A stretch of 64,000 nucleotides of DNA, taken from positions 1,856-65,855 of the forward strand of contig JAZNUP010000004.1 of the NCBI GenBank assembly GCA_045592385.1, read 5' to 3'. The stretch comes from Acutalibacteraceae bacterium (GTDB taxonomy: Bacteria > Bacillota > Clostridia > Oscillospirales > Acutalibacteraceae). Shown one piece after another: positions 51,507 through 59,369 of the stretch; within the stretch, counting starts at the first letter, position 1, and each line of letters starts with the position of its first letter. The notes beneath the pieces were generated by a model. It ran no database searches, had not been told where the DNA came from, and saw only the letters and a list, made by a program, of their open reading frames with translations. Made by a program: the position numbers and the translations under genes.

Positions 51507-51668
51507 TTATTCTGAAGATTCGCTGTGGCAGTTGCTGCAATTACTGCAGCAGCCTGAGCAACCGGAGCAGGAGCTTTTACCCTTTTTGCGGTTTCTTACC
51601 GAAGTGAAGATTATTGCAAAAAGAATTGCGGCTAAGATAACGCAAACAATAAAAGTGGGTAAATTCAT
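51507..51668 (-). CDS. FeoB-associated Cys-rich membrane peptide (53 aa)
   Basis: Not in the ORF track (shorter than 60 aa). ATG at 51668, 7 nt after AAAGGAG. Translation: MNLPTFIVCVILAAILFAIIFTSVRNRKKGKSSCSGCSGCCSNCSNCHSESSE. It has one TM helix plus a C-terminal CxxC-rich tail and starts 15 nt downstream of the feoB stop. Confidence 0.85.
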   Translation of the reverse strand: MNLPTFIVCVILAAILFAIIFTSVRNRKKGKSSCSGCSGCCSNCSNCHSESSE

Positions 51669-51683
51669 ATAATTGCTCCTTTC

Positions 51684-53837
51684 TTATTTTGATTTTTTGA
51701 TGTGCTTGTTCTTTCTGAAAATGAGATAGAGAAGGAATGCAAGAACAACGATTGCGGCAGCTGTGCCGATTGTGAAATTGAGAGTGGTGAAGAAAGTGCC
51801 GAGCTGGTAAACGATAAGTGAAATTGCATAAGCAAAAGCGGTCATATATGCTATTGCGCCCGCGGTCCACTTTGCGTTGTTCATTTCTCTTTTGATAGCA
51901 CCCATTGCGGCAAAGCAGGGTGCACAAAGAAGGTTGAAAATCATAAAGGAGAAAGCCTTGAGGCCGCTGCCGTCAAAGAATTCCTGACCGATGATGGAAA
52001 GTGAGCTGTCGCCTGCGTCAACCAGTTCGAATGCAAGGTCAGCATCTGCCATTGAGGAGAGAGAGCCGAATACGCCTACAACCTCTTCCTTTGCAAGAAG
52101 ACCGAGTATGGTTGCAACGGCAGCCTGCCAGGAGTTGAAGCCGAGGGGAGCGAAAAGGATTGCGATAAATTCGCCTATAACGTTAAGTATGGATTTTGAA
52201 TCACTTTCGCCTATGTAGTGGAATCCGCCTTCAAATGAAAGGCTGTTGAGAACCCAGATGATAACGCTTGCGGCAAGGATAACCGTTCCTGCACGCTTTA
52301 TGAAGCTCCAGCCGCGCTCCCAGGTGGCACGGAAAATATTCCTTGCAAGGGGCATATGATAAGCAGGGAGTTCCATAACGAAGGGGGAGGGTTCACTTGC
52401 GAGGGATTTGAATTTCTTAAGAATTATACCTGATACGATAACTGCTGCAATTCCTATAAAGTAAGCAGCGGTTGCAACCCATGCGCCGCCTCCGAAAAGG
52501 GCGGAAGCGATAAGACCTACAATAGGCATTTTTGCACCGCAGGGAACAAAGCCTGTGGTCATAATGGTGATTTTACGGTCACGGTCGTTTTCAATTGTGC
52601 GTGAAGCCATAATTCCGGGAACTCCGCAGCCCGATGCTATAAGCATAGGGATAAAGCTCTTGCCCGAAAGACCGAATCTTCTGAAAATGCGGTCCATAAT
52701 GAAAGCAACACGGCTCATATATCCTACGTCTTCGAGAATGGAAAGCAGGAAGAAAAGAATGAGCATCTGAGGAACGAATCCGAGTACGGCTCCGACACCG
52801 CCCACAACACCGTCAGCTACAAGGCTTACAAGCCAGTCTGCACAGCCGAGACCCTCAAGGAAGGACGTTGCAGCAGGAACGATTATACCGCCGAAAAGGG
52901 TATCGTTCATAAAATTGACTGTCCAGTCACCTATTGTTCCGATTGAAAGAGTATAAACAAGGAACATAATAACGATGAAAATGGGGAATGCGAGAATGCG
53001 GTTGGTAACGATTTTGTCAATCTTGTCAGAGGTTGAGTGCCTGCCCTTGTTACGCTTTTTATAAGCTTTTTCAACTATTCCTACAATGTAGTTGTAACGC
53101 TCGTTTGTGATAATGCTTTCCGCATCGTCATCGAGCAGAGTTTCAACGTCTGTGATATCGGTTTCAATGTGGGAAAGGGTTTCTTTTGAAATTCCGAGCG
53201 CTTCAATAACCTTGGGGTCACGCTCAAAGATTTTTACCGCATACCAACGCTGCTGCTCTGCAGGCAGATGATGCACGGTAGCCTCTTCGATATGAGCGAG
53301 AGCGTGTTCAACCTCACCGCTGAAAATGTGGCCGGGAACGTTCTTTGCGCCGTGTGCCGCTTCAATTGCCGCCTGAGCCGCTTCCTCAATGCCTGTGCCC
53401 TTGAGGGCGGAGATTTCAACAACCTTGCAGCCGAGCTGCCTTGAAAGCTCTTCGATATTTATCTTATCACCGTTTTTTCTTACAAGGTCCATCATATTGA
53501 TGGCGATAACAACGGGGATACCAAGCTCCATAAGCTGAGTGGAGAGGTAAAGGTTTCTTTCAATATTGGTGCCGTCAACAATATTGAGTATTGCATCGGG
53601 GCGTTCATTTATAAGATAATCCCTTGCCACGATTTCTTCAAGCGTATAAGGTGAAAGGGAATAAATACCGGGAAGGTCGGTAAGGATGACGTTTGTATCT
53701 TTCTTAAGTTTGCCTTCCTTTTTTTCTACGGTAACACCGGGCCAGTTGCCTACGTACTGGTTTGAACCTGTAAGCGCATTGAAAAGCGTGGTCTTACCGC
53801 TGTTGGGGTTGCCGGCAAGGGCAATTTTGATGCTCAT
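51684..53837 (-). CDS. feoB: ferrous iron transporter FeoB
   Basis: 717 aa. N-terminal G-domain GNPNSGKTTLFN, DLPG, NMMD, followed by a polytopic permease domain. Confidence 0.95.
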   Translation of the reverse strand: MSIKIALAGNPNSGKTTLFNALTGSNQYVGNWPGVTVEKKEGKLKKDTNVILTDLPGIYSLSPYTLEEIVARDYLINERPDAILNIVDGTNIERNLYLSTQLMELGIPVVIAINMMDLVRKNGDKINIEELSRQLGCKVVEISALKGTGIEEAAQAAIEAAHGAKNVPGHIFSGEVEHALAHIEEATVHHLPAEQQRWYAVKIFERDPKVIEALGISKETLSHIETDITDVETLLDDDAESIITNERYNYIVGIVEKAYKKRNKGRHSTSDKIDKIVTNRILAFPIFIVIMFLVYTLSIGTIGDWTVNFMNDTLFGGIIVPAATSFLEGLGCADWLVSLVADGVVGGVGAVLGFVPQMLILFFLLSILEDVGYMSRVAFIMDRIFRRFGLSGKSFIPMLIASGCGVPGIMASRTIENDRDRKITIMTTGFVPCGAKMPIVGLIASALFGGGAWVATAAYFIGIAAVIVSGIILKKFKSLASEPSPFVMELPAYHMPLARNIFRATWERGWSFIKRAGTVILAASVIIWVLNSLSFEGGFHYIGESDSKSILNVIGEFIAILFAPLGFNSWQAAVATILGLLAKEEVVGVFGSLSSMADADLAFELVDAGDSSLSIIGQEFFDGSGLKAFSFMIFNLLCAPCFAAMGAIKREMNNAKWTAGAIAYMTAFAYAISLIVYQLGTFFTTLNFTIGTAAAIVVLAFLLYLIFRKNKHIKKSK

Positions 53838-53862
53838 AAAATCCTCTCCTTAATCTTTTGGC

Positions 53863-53880
53863 GGTTAGTCTGAGCTAACC
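53863..53880. promoter_or_regulatory. GGTTAG-N6-CTAACC inverted repeat in the feoA-feoB spacer (operator-like or RNA hairpin)
   Basis: GGTTAGTCTGAGCTAACC has the same half-sites and spacing as the palindrome upstream of feoA (54160-54176). Confidence 0.4.
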
Positions 53881-53914
53881 GAGGGCTGTAAAAAATAGCG
53901 GCGAACCGCTTTTT

Positions 53915-54136
53915 TTATTCAACTTCAATCATTTCAGCGTCTGATTTTCTGATTGAAAGCTCGTAATTTCTTACGGTAACTTCAATGGGGTCTCCGAGGG
54001 GAGCAACCTTGCGGACGTAGACTTCTACACCCTTTGTGATACCCATATCCATAATGCGGCGCTTTACTGCGCCCTCTCCGTGAAGCTTTACAACCTTTGC
54101 GGTTTTGCCGATTTTGGTTTCTCTCAAAGTTTTCAT
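53915..54136 (-). CDS. feoA: ferrous iron transport protein FeoA
   Basis: ATG at 54136, 6 nt after GGAGGA, giving 73 aa: MKTLRETKIGKTAKVVKLHGEG... (SH3-like FeoA). The track ORF extends 126 nt further upstream through the promoter. Confidence 0.9.
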   Translation of the reverse strand: MKTLRETKIGKTAKVVKLHGEGAVKRRIMDMGITKGVEVYVRKVAPLGDPIEVTVRNYELSIRKSDAEMIEVE

Positions 54137-54159
54137 GCAAATTCCTCCGGAAAACAATT

Positions 54160-54176
54160 GGTTAGCATATGCTAAC
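54160..54176. promoter_or_regulatory. candidate DtxR-family operator in the feoA leader
   Basis: GGTTAGCATATGCTAAC contains the perfect 16-bp palindrome GTTAGCATATGCTAAC (54161-54176). It starts 8 nt downstream of the feoA -10. Confidence 0.55.
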
Positions 54177-54184
54177 TGTGATAT

Positions 54185-54213
54185 ATGATACACTAAGTTG
54201 CAAAGTTTGTCAA
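54185..54213 (-). promoter_or_regulatory. feoA promoter
   Basis: On the minus strand, TTGACA (54213-54208), a 17-nt spacer, then TATCAT (54190-54185). Confidence 0.6.
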
Positions 54214-54271
54214 TATATTTTTTTGCAAAAACGGCAAATTTTTTTTGCGGATTATGAAACAACTGTGGTGC

Positions 54272-54300
54272 TTGATTTTTTTACTGCACTGTGGTATCTT
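54272..54300 (+). promoter_or_regulatory. candidate promoter of the DtxR-family gene
   Basis: TTGATT (54272-54277), a 17-nt spacer, then TATCTT (54295-54300) with a TGG extended -10 context. Confidence 0.45.
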
Positions 54301-54331
54301 ATTAGTAATCAATAAAAATACGGAGGCAGTC

Positions 54332-54697
54332 ATGCATTTACAGGAATCAGGCGAGATGTATCTCGAAACAATATATATCCTCTCTCAGCAAAGTGCTGCG
54401 GTACGCTCAATTGACGTTTGCGAATATATGGGCTTTTCAAAGCCGAGTGTCAGCCGTGCCATAGGTCTGCTTAAAAGCGGCGGTTACGTTGCTGTTGATG
54501 CGGCAGGTCACCTTTCACTTACGCAGCAGGGTAACGCAGTTGCCGCCAAGATATATGAGCGTCATAAGGTTATCACCGATTTTCTGGTAAAGCTCGGTGT
54601 TGATGAGGATATTGCATCCGAGGATGCCTGCAAAATCGAGCACGATATAAGCAACGAATCGTTTGAGGCAATAAGAAAATTCAATTCAGAATCCTGA
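54332..54697 (+). CDS. DtxR/MntR-family metal-dependent transcriptional repressor (no SH3 domain)
   Basis: ATG at 54332 after ACGGAGG (the track ORF starts 87 nt earlier). 121 aa. N-terminus ESGEMYLETIY, wHTH SKPSVSRAIGLL, dimerisation/metal region ERHKVITDFL...ACKIEHD. Confidence 0.85.
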   Translation: MHLQESGEMYLETIYILSQQSAAVRSIDVCEYMGFSKPSVSRAIGLLKSGGYVAVDAAGHLSLTQQGNAVAAKIYERHKVITDFLVKLGVDEDIASEDACKIEHDISNESFEAIRKFNSES

Positions 54698-54702
54698 TGT
54701 AG

Positions 54703-54733
54703 GAAGCGGTTGAGCAAAACCGCTTCTTTTTTT
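54703..54733 (+). terminator. intrinsic terminator
   Basis: Perfect 9-bp stem GAAGCGGTT-GAGCAA-AACCGCTTC followed by TTTTTTT. Confidence 0.8.
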
Positions 54734-54817
54734 GCGGATTTTTAAGGAGCTTATATTGCATAAGTAAGTGAAAAAGTATATTATTAAATCATAAAAGAGT
54801 TTTCAGGAGGTAAAAAT

Positions 54818-55999
54818 ATGTATCCCTTTTTTACAGCAATAAGGCAGTGGTCAAATAAAGCTCTGCTTGCAGTTGGCAGAGTGCTCTATAAATTAAGCCT
54901 GGGTCTTTTCCCTACTTCTATGTTTTCTATGACGGTTGATTCGGGTCATCTCAAGACTGACGTACGCATTGTCAGCGAGGATGAGGACAGCGTTACGATT
55001 GCAAAATTTGATGAAGGCGGCAGAATCAAGGACGGTAATTTCAAAATCCTTTCCACCACGGATCTGCATCTTGGCGATGACCCCAAGCTTCGCAAAAAGG
55101 CTTTTCAACTGCTTGCAAACCACATCTGCCAGAGCAAGCCAGACCTGATTGTTTTTACGGGCGATATAATCCTTTCAAAATTCCAGCAGATTGATGCCAT
55201 TGAGTTTGCGCAGTTTATGGAGAAAATCGGCGTTTACTGGACTATTGTTTTCGGCAACCACGAGGCGAGGGAAGAAAAAGGCTTTTTCAAATATCTTCTG
55301 CTCAAAAGTGTCAGCGATTACAAGCATTGCCTTGCTAAATTCGGACCCGAGGAGCTTTTCGGCTACGGCAACTACTGTATTAATATACTGAATTCCGAAA
55401 CGTCGCTTCAGCAGTCTCTTTTTATGTTTGATTCGGGAAGAGATATTCTGGATGAATACCGCAGTCAGTATGATATCCCTGCCGATATGGGCAGCTACGA
55501 TTTTCTTAAAAAGGAGCAGATTGACTGGTACAGGGGCAAAATTGCATCCCTTCGTGAAAAGTACGGTGATTTCAAATCCCTTATGTATATGCACATCCCT
55601 CTCAAGGAGTATGAGCACGCAATAAGACAGAAAGAGGACGGAACGTTTGAGTTTACCGATGAGTGTAAAATCCTTTACGGCTCTGCGCACGAATCCGTGG
55701 GCTGCTCGGCTTATAACAGCGGAATGTTTGATGCAATACTTGAGGAGAAATCAACTCAGGCTGTTTTCAGCGGCCATGACCACGTTAACGATTTCTGTGC
55801 GGTGTATAAAGGAGTTTATCTTGTTTACAATCAGCCTTGCGGTTATGAAACATACCATATGGGCACCAATTTCGGCTGGGAGGAAAACCGCTGGAAGCAG
55901 GGCGTGACAATAACTCTTATTGACGCAAAGGGCGAGATTAAGCTTGCTCAGCGTTTCAACAATATGTATCTTAAGAAGCAGCCGCAGAAGCAGCAGTAA
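54818..55999 (+). CDS. membrane-anchored calcineurin-like metallophosphoesterase (Dcr2/CpdA-like, canonical motifs)
   Basis: 393 aa with RBS AGGAGG. Motifs TTDLHLGDD, TGDIILSK, FGNHE and FSGHDHVND. Paralog of 14703-15860. Confidence 0.8.
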   Translation: MYPFFTAIRQWSNKALLAVGRVLYKLSLGLFPTSMFSMTVDSGHLKTDVRIVSEDEDSVTIAKFDEGGRIKDGNFKILSTTDLHLGDDPKLRKKAFQLLANHICQSKPDLIVFTGDIILSKFQQIDAIEFAQFMEKIGVYWTIVFGNHEAREEKGFFKYLLLKSVSDYKHCLAKFGPEELFGYGNYCINILNSETSLQQSLFMFDSGRDILDEYRSQYDIPADMGSYDFLKKEQIDWYRGKIASLREKYGDFKSLMYMHIPLKEYEHAIRQKEDGTFEFTDECKILYGSAHESVGCSAYNSGMFDAILEEKSTQAVFSGHDHVNDFCAVYKGVYLVYNQPCGYETYHMGTNFGWEENRWKQGVTITLIDAKGEIKLAQRFNNMYLKKQPQKQQ

Positions 56000-56066
56000 A
56001 AAATTTTTATAGGCTGCAATAATTCACTTTACTTGTGTGTTTTATAAGTGAAAGGGGGCAGACGTT

Positions 56067-57059
56067 ATGAAAAAAATCATTTCTGTTTGTTTGATAGTTC
56101 TTATGCTGGCAGCCGTGCTTTGTGCGTGCGGTGCAAGCAAGGAAGCTGACGGATACGCACAGGATATCCATATGCAGACTGTTGTGGAAACTACTCAGGC
56201 ATCTTCTGCCGGAGGATTTCTGACTATGGACAGTGCTGTGGGAGATACGGAAAACGGATACTTTGAAATGAAGGCGGAAGAGGAGTTTGCAGATTCTGCC
56301 GAATCGGGTGCCGTTGATTCTGCGGCGCTTGTATCATCGCGCAAACTCATAAGGAATGCAAGCCTTGAGGTGCAGACCAAGGGCTTTGATGCTTTCCTTA
56401 CTCAGCTTGAAGCTAATGCGGAAAAAATCGGCGGCTACGTGGAGCAGTCCGAGGTCAGAGGCGATAACTATAATTACGTGTCTGACAGATATGCTTACCT
56501 TGTGCTCAGAATTCCGAGCACCGATTTTGATGCGTTTATCGGCGGTGTTTCCGAAATTGCAACCGTAACTTCAAAGGAAATCGGCTTGCAGGACGTTACT
56601 TCCTCTTATGTTGATACCGAGAGCAGGATAAAGGCTCTTGAAACCGAGCAGGAATCTTTGCTTTCACTTTTGAAAAAGGCAATTAACGTAAGTGAAGTTA
56701 TTGAGATTCAGGACAGACTCACTCAGGTAAGAGGCGAGCTCGAGTCATACAAGGCTCAGCTCAAGCTCTATGATGAGCAGATTGCTTATTCCACCGTTAC
56801 CGTAAACGTATACGAGGTGGAAAGGGTAACTCTTCCCGAGCAGGAGGGATTCCTTGATGAGGTCAAGGAAAGGCTTTCGGATAATCTTTACGATATCGGC
56901 GAAGGCTTCAGAGAGTTTGCGGTATGGTTTATCAGCTCCTTGCCGTATCTTCTTATGTTTGCGGTTGCCGCAGTTGCCGTTATTCTGATTATCAGAGCAT
57001 CAGTCAGAAAGCGCAGGAAGAAGAGAAATATCTACACAGGCGCAGATACACAAAAGTAA
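56067..57059 (+). CDS. DUF4349-domain lipoprotein with C-terminal membrane anchor
   Basis: 330 aa. Lipobox LAAVLCAC. RNASLEVQTKGFDAFLTQLE and LVLRIPSTDFDAFI blocks, a coiled-coil segment, and terminal TM helices, as in DUF4349 proteins. Confidence 0.7.
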   Translation: MKKIISVCLIVLMLAAVLCACGASKEADGYAQDIHMQTVVETTQASSAGGFLTMDSAVGDTENGYFEMKAEEEFADSAESGAVDSAALVSSRKLIRNASLEVQTKGFDAFLTQLEANAEKIGGYVEQSEVRGDNYNYVSDRYAYLVLRIPSTDFDAFIGGVSEIATVTSKEIGLQDVTSSYVDTESRIKALETEQESLLSLLKKAINVSEVIEIQDRLTQVRGELESYKAQLKLYDEQIAYSTVTVNVYEVERVTLPEQEGFLDEVKERLSDNLYDIGEGFREFAVWFISSLPYLLMFAVAAVAVILIIRASVRKRRKKRNIYTGADTQK

Positions 57060-57106
57060 ATCAGTAAAATTGCGCTTCGTGGCATAAACACGAAGGGGGA
57101 AGCCCG

Positions 57107-57592
57107 ATGGCCGTTAAGCTCAGGGGGAGGGACGCCTTCTCTTATGCATTTAACGAATATATGGATACCGTGTACCGGGTAGCTTATCATAATACACAGT
57201 CCGAGGCTGACGCGCAGGATATAACGCAGGAAACCTTTATGAAGCTTCTTGATGACTCAAGGAGCTTCAAGGATGCCGAGCATCTCAAGGCGTGGCTCAT
57301 AAAAGTTACGATTAACCTGTGCCATAATCTTTACCGCTCATCCAAAAAGACCGTGCAGCTTGATGAGAGCTTTGCTATGCCCGAAAATATTCAGGCGGAA
57401 TCGGTACTGGATTATGTCAGGGCGCTTCCCGAAAACTATAAAAATGCCATATACCTGCATTACTACGAGGGCTACACCGCCGAAGAAATCGGGGGAATTC
57501 TCGGCGCTAAAACAAATACCGTGCTTTCGTGGCTCAGCAGGGGAAGAGAGATTCTTCGCAGGCAAATGACAGGAGGCTTTGACGGTGAATAA
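57107..57592 (+). CDS. ECF-type RNA polymerase sigma-70 factor
   Basis: 161 aa. Region 2 AQDITQETFMKL...WLIKVTINL. Region 4 YYEGYTAEEIGGILGAKTNTVLSWLSRGR. Confidence 0.88.
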   Translation: MAVKLRGRDAFSYAFNEYMDTVYRVAYHNTQSEADAQDITQETFMKLLDDSRSFKDAEHLKAWLIKVTINLCHNLYRSSKKTVQLDESFAMPENIQAESVLDYVRALPENYKNAIYLHYYEGYTAEEIGGILGAKTNTVLSWLSRGREILRRQMTGGFDGE

Positions 57593-58490
57593 AAACGATT
57601 ATATAAATCGGGTTGATTCGCTCAAAGCGAGCGAGGAATTGAAAACAAGAATTGCTCTTGAAGCGGTGCAAAGGAGCAAAAGAAAAACGGGGATTGTAAA
57701 ATATGCCGTTGCGGCGGCTTGCATTATGCTTGTGATTATTGCAGGTGTGCCGCTGTTTATTGCAACCAGGGGTGCAAAAAGCGCAGACCAGGCTATGCCG
57801 TTTGAGATGTTTGCCGATTCGGCGGAAAATGAAGCGGCAGACGTTATAAGCGAAGTTTATGATTACGAGGCTGAAAACGGTAAGGTGTGTCAGGAGGAAA
57901 CGGAGGCTGTTGTTGAGGGCTCAGGTGCAATTGGAGACGGGGCTGAATATTCCTTCGGCTTTGGCGGAGCGTATGACGGCTTGCTTGACGGTGCCGTTGA
58001 GGCAACAACCTTTTCTGTTACGGCGCACAGTACGAATTCAGCCGCGTGGAGTGCACTGTCACAGCCCGTTGAGGTGGTTACTGCAACAACGGATTCGCAG
58101 CCGTATTCATATTCGCAAATGCTCGGATATTACGGTATTGCTCAATTGCCTGCCGACGTTACGGGTATGACACGTGAGAGCGGTGAGTATGCGGTTGATG
58201 ACGCTTCGGGCGATGTGAACAGTTTTGTTTTCAGCTCTTATGAAAAGCAGATAATCATAACCGTTTCAAAAGAGACAAAAATTAATTATATTCCCGATTC
58301 CTGCACGGTTACCGAAATCCCGTGCGCGGATACCGTTGTCGGAGTGCAGTTTGCGTGTTACGGCGATAAATGCTATGCCGAATTTGTACTTGGCGGCAAT
58401 TGCTGTCTTGTTGAGTTCAAGGGCTTTTCGCCTGCTCAGGCAGAGGAGAATATACGCAATGCCTTGCTTGCAGTTTGTGATAATCAATAA
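57585..58490 (+). CDS. putative anti-sigma factor (single-pass membrane protein)
   Basis: It overlaps the sigma gene end. The GTG at 57585 (8 nt after GGAGG) is preferred over the TTG at 57579. It has a short cytoplasmic N-terminus, TM helix YAVAAACIMLVIIAGVPLFI and an extracytoplasmic domain. The role is inferred from position. Confidence 0.5.
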   Translation: MNKNDYINRVDSLKASEELKTRIALEAVQRSKRKTGIVKYAVAAACIMLVIIAGVPLFIATRGAKSADQAMPFEMFADSAENEAADVISEVYDYEAENGKVCQEETEAVVEGSGAIGDGAEYSFGFGGAYDGLLDGAVEATTFSVTAHSTNSAAWSALSQPVEVVTATTDSQPYSYSQMLGYYGIAQLPADVTGMTRESGEYAVDDASGDVNSFVFSSYEKQIIITVSKETKINYIPDSCTVTEIPCADTVVGVQFACYGDKCYAEFVLGGNCCLVEFKGFSPAQAEENIRNALLAVCDNQ

Positions 58491-58533
58491 AGGAAAGAGA
58501 AAATAAAAAAGAATCAGGATGGTTCTCTCAAAA

Positions 58534-58566
58534 ACTGTCGGTGCCGTGTGCATCGGCAGTTTTTGC
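58534..58566 (+). terminator. intrinsic terminator
   Basis: ACTGTCGGTG-CCGTGTG-CATCGGCAGT (10 bp, two G-U) followed by TTTT. Confidence 0.6.
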
Positions 58567-58646
58567 GTTTATTGATACTTGTATAATTGAATAAAAGAAT
58601 GTATAATTAAAATACAAAAACCCAAAATGATTATACAGGAGAATAT

Positions 58647-59306
58647 ATGATTACTTTTGAAGAGATAAAGCGCAACGAGGCAGTGCGCACATACATCACC
58701 GAAGCGGATAAAACTCTGCAGAGCCTCGGCTTTACCGAGCACAGCTTTGCTCACGTTGTCAAGGTGGCGGAAACGGCAGGTTATATTCTTGAAACTCTCG
58801 GCCACGATGAGCATACCGTAGAGCTTGCAAAGATTGCAGGGTATCTTCACGATATCGGCAACCTTGTGAACAGAATTGAGCATTCTCAGAGCGGAGCGGT
58901 AATGGCTTTCAGGATTCTTGATAATCTCGGTATGCCTGCGCGTGATATTGCAAGAATAGTCAGCGCAATAGGTAATCACGATGAAGGTACGGGCCAGCCC
59001 GTAAACGATATAAGTGCCGCCCTTATTCTTGCCGATAAATCCGACGTGCGCAGAAGCAGAGTGAGAAATGCCGATAAAACCTCCTTTGATATTCACGACA
59101 GAGTGAATTACTCCGTAAAGAAATCTTCACTTAAAATCAAGGAAGATGACAAGGTGATAAAGCTTAAGCTTTCCGTTGATACGGAATACGGAAGCATAAT
59201 GGATTACTTTGAGATTTTTATGGGCAGAATGCTTCTTTGCAGAAAGGCTGCGGAAGAACTCGGCCTTTCATTCAAACTTGAAATAAACGATCAACAACTG
59301 ATATAA
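58647..59306 (+). CDS. HD-domain phosphohydrolase
   Basis: 219 aa with RBS AGGAGA. Contains HSFAHVVKVAE and GYLHDIGN (the H...HD motif), then GNHDEG. Confidence 0.8.
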   Translation: MITFEEIKRNEAVRTYITEADKTLQSLGFTEHSFAHVVKVAETAGYILETLGHDEHTVELAKIAGYLHDIGNLVNRIEHSQSGAVMAFRILDNLGMPARDIARIVSAIGNHDEGTGQPVNDISAALILADKSDVRRSRVRNADKTSFDIHDRVNYSVKKSSLKIKEDDKVIKLKLSVDTEYGSIMDYFEIFMGRMLLCRKAAEELGLSFKLEINDQQLI

Positions 59307-59323
59307 TATCAGGTATACAAGAT

Positions 59324-59362
59324 GCCCTCTGTTTGTGCTGACGTTGCAAACAGAGGGCTTTT
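59324..59362. terminator. bidirectional terminator
   Basis: Perfect 12-bp stem GCCCTCTGTTTG-loop-CAAACAGAGGGC followed by TTTT. Confidence 0.8.
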
Positions 59363-59369
59363 GCTTTTG

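Noticed and set aside
51577-51927. A 116-aa ORF in the track overlapping the feoB 3' end.
   Set aside because: It is in a different frame from both feoB and the real 53-aa Cys-rich gene (51507-51668). It has no RBS and an implausible sequence.
54175-54295. ACTGTG(GT) occurs three times around the feoA/dtxR divergent promoters (54175, 54262 and 54288).
   Set aside because: It is a short 6-8-mer with irregular spacing, and one copy is simply the flank of the main palindrome. It is plausibly chance and is not reported as a site.
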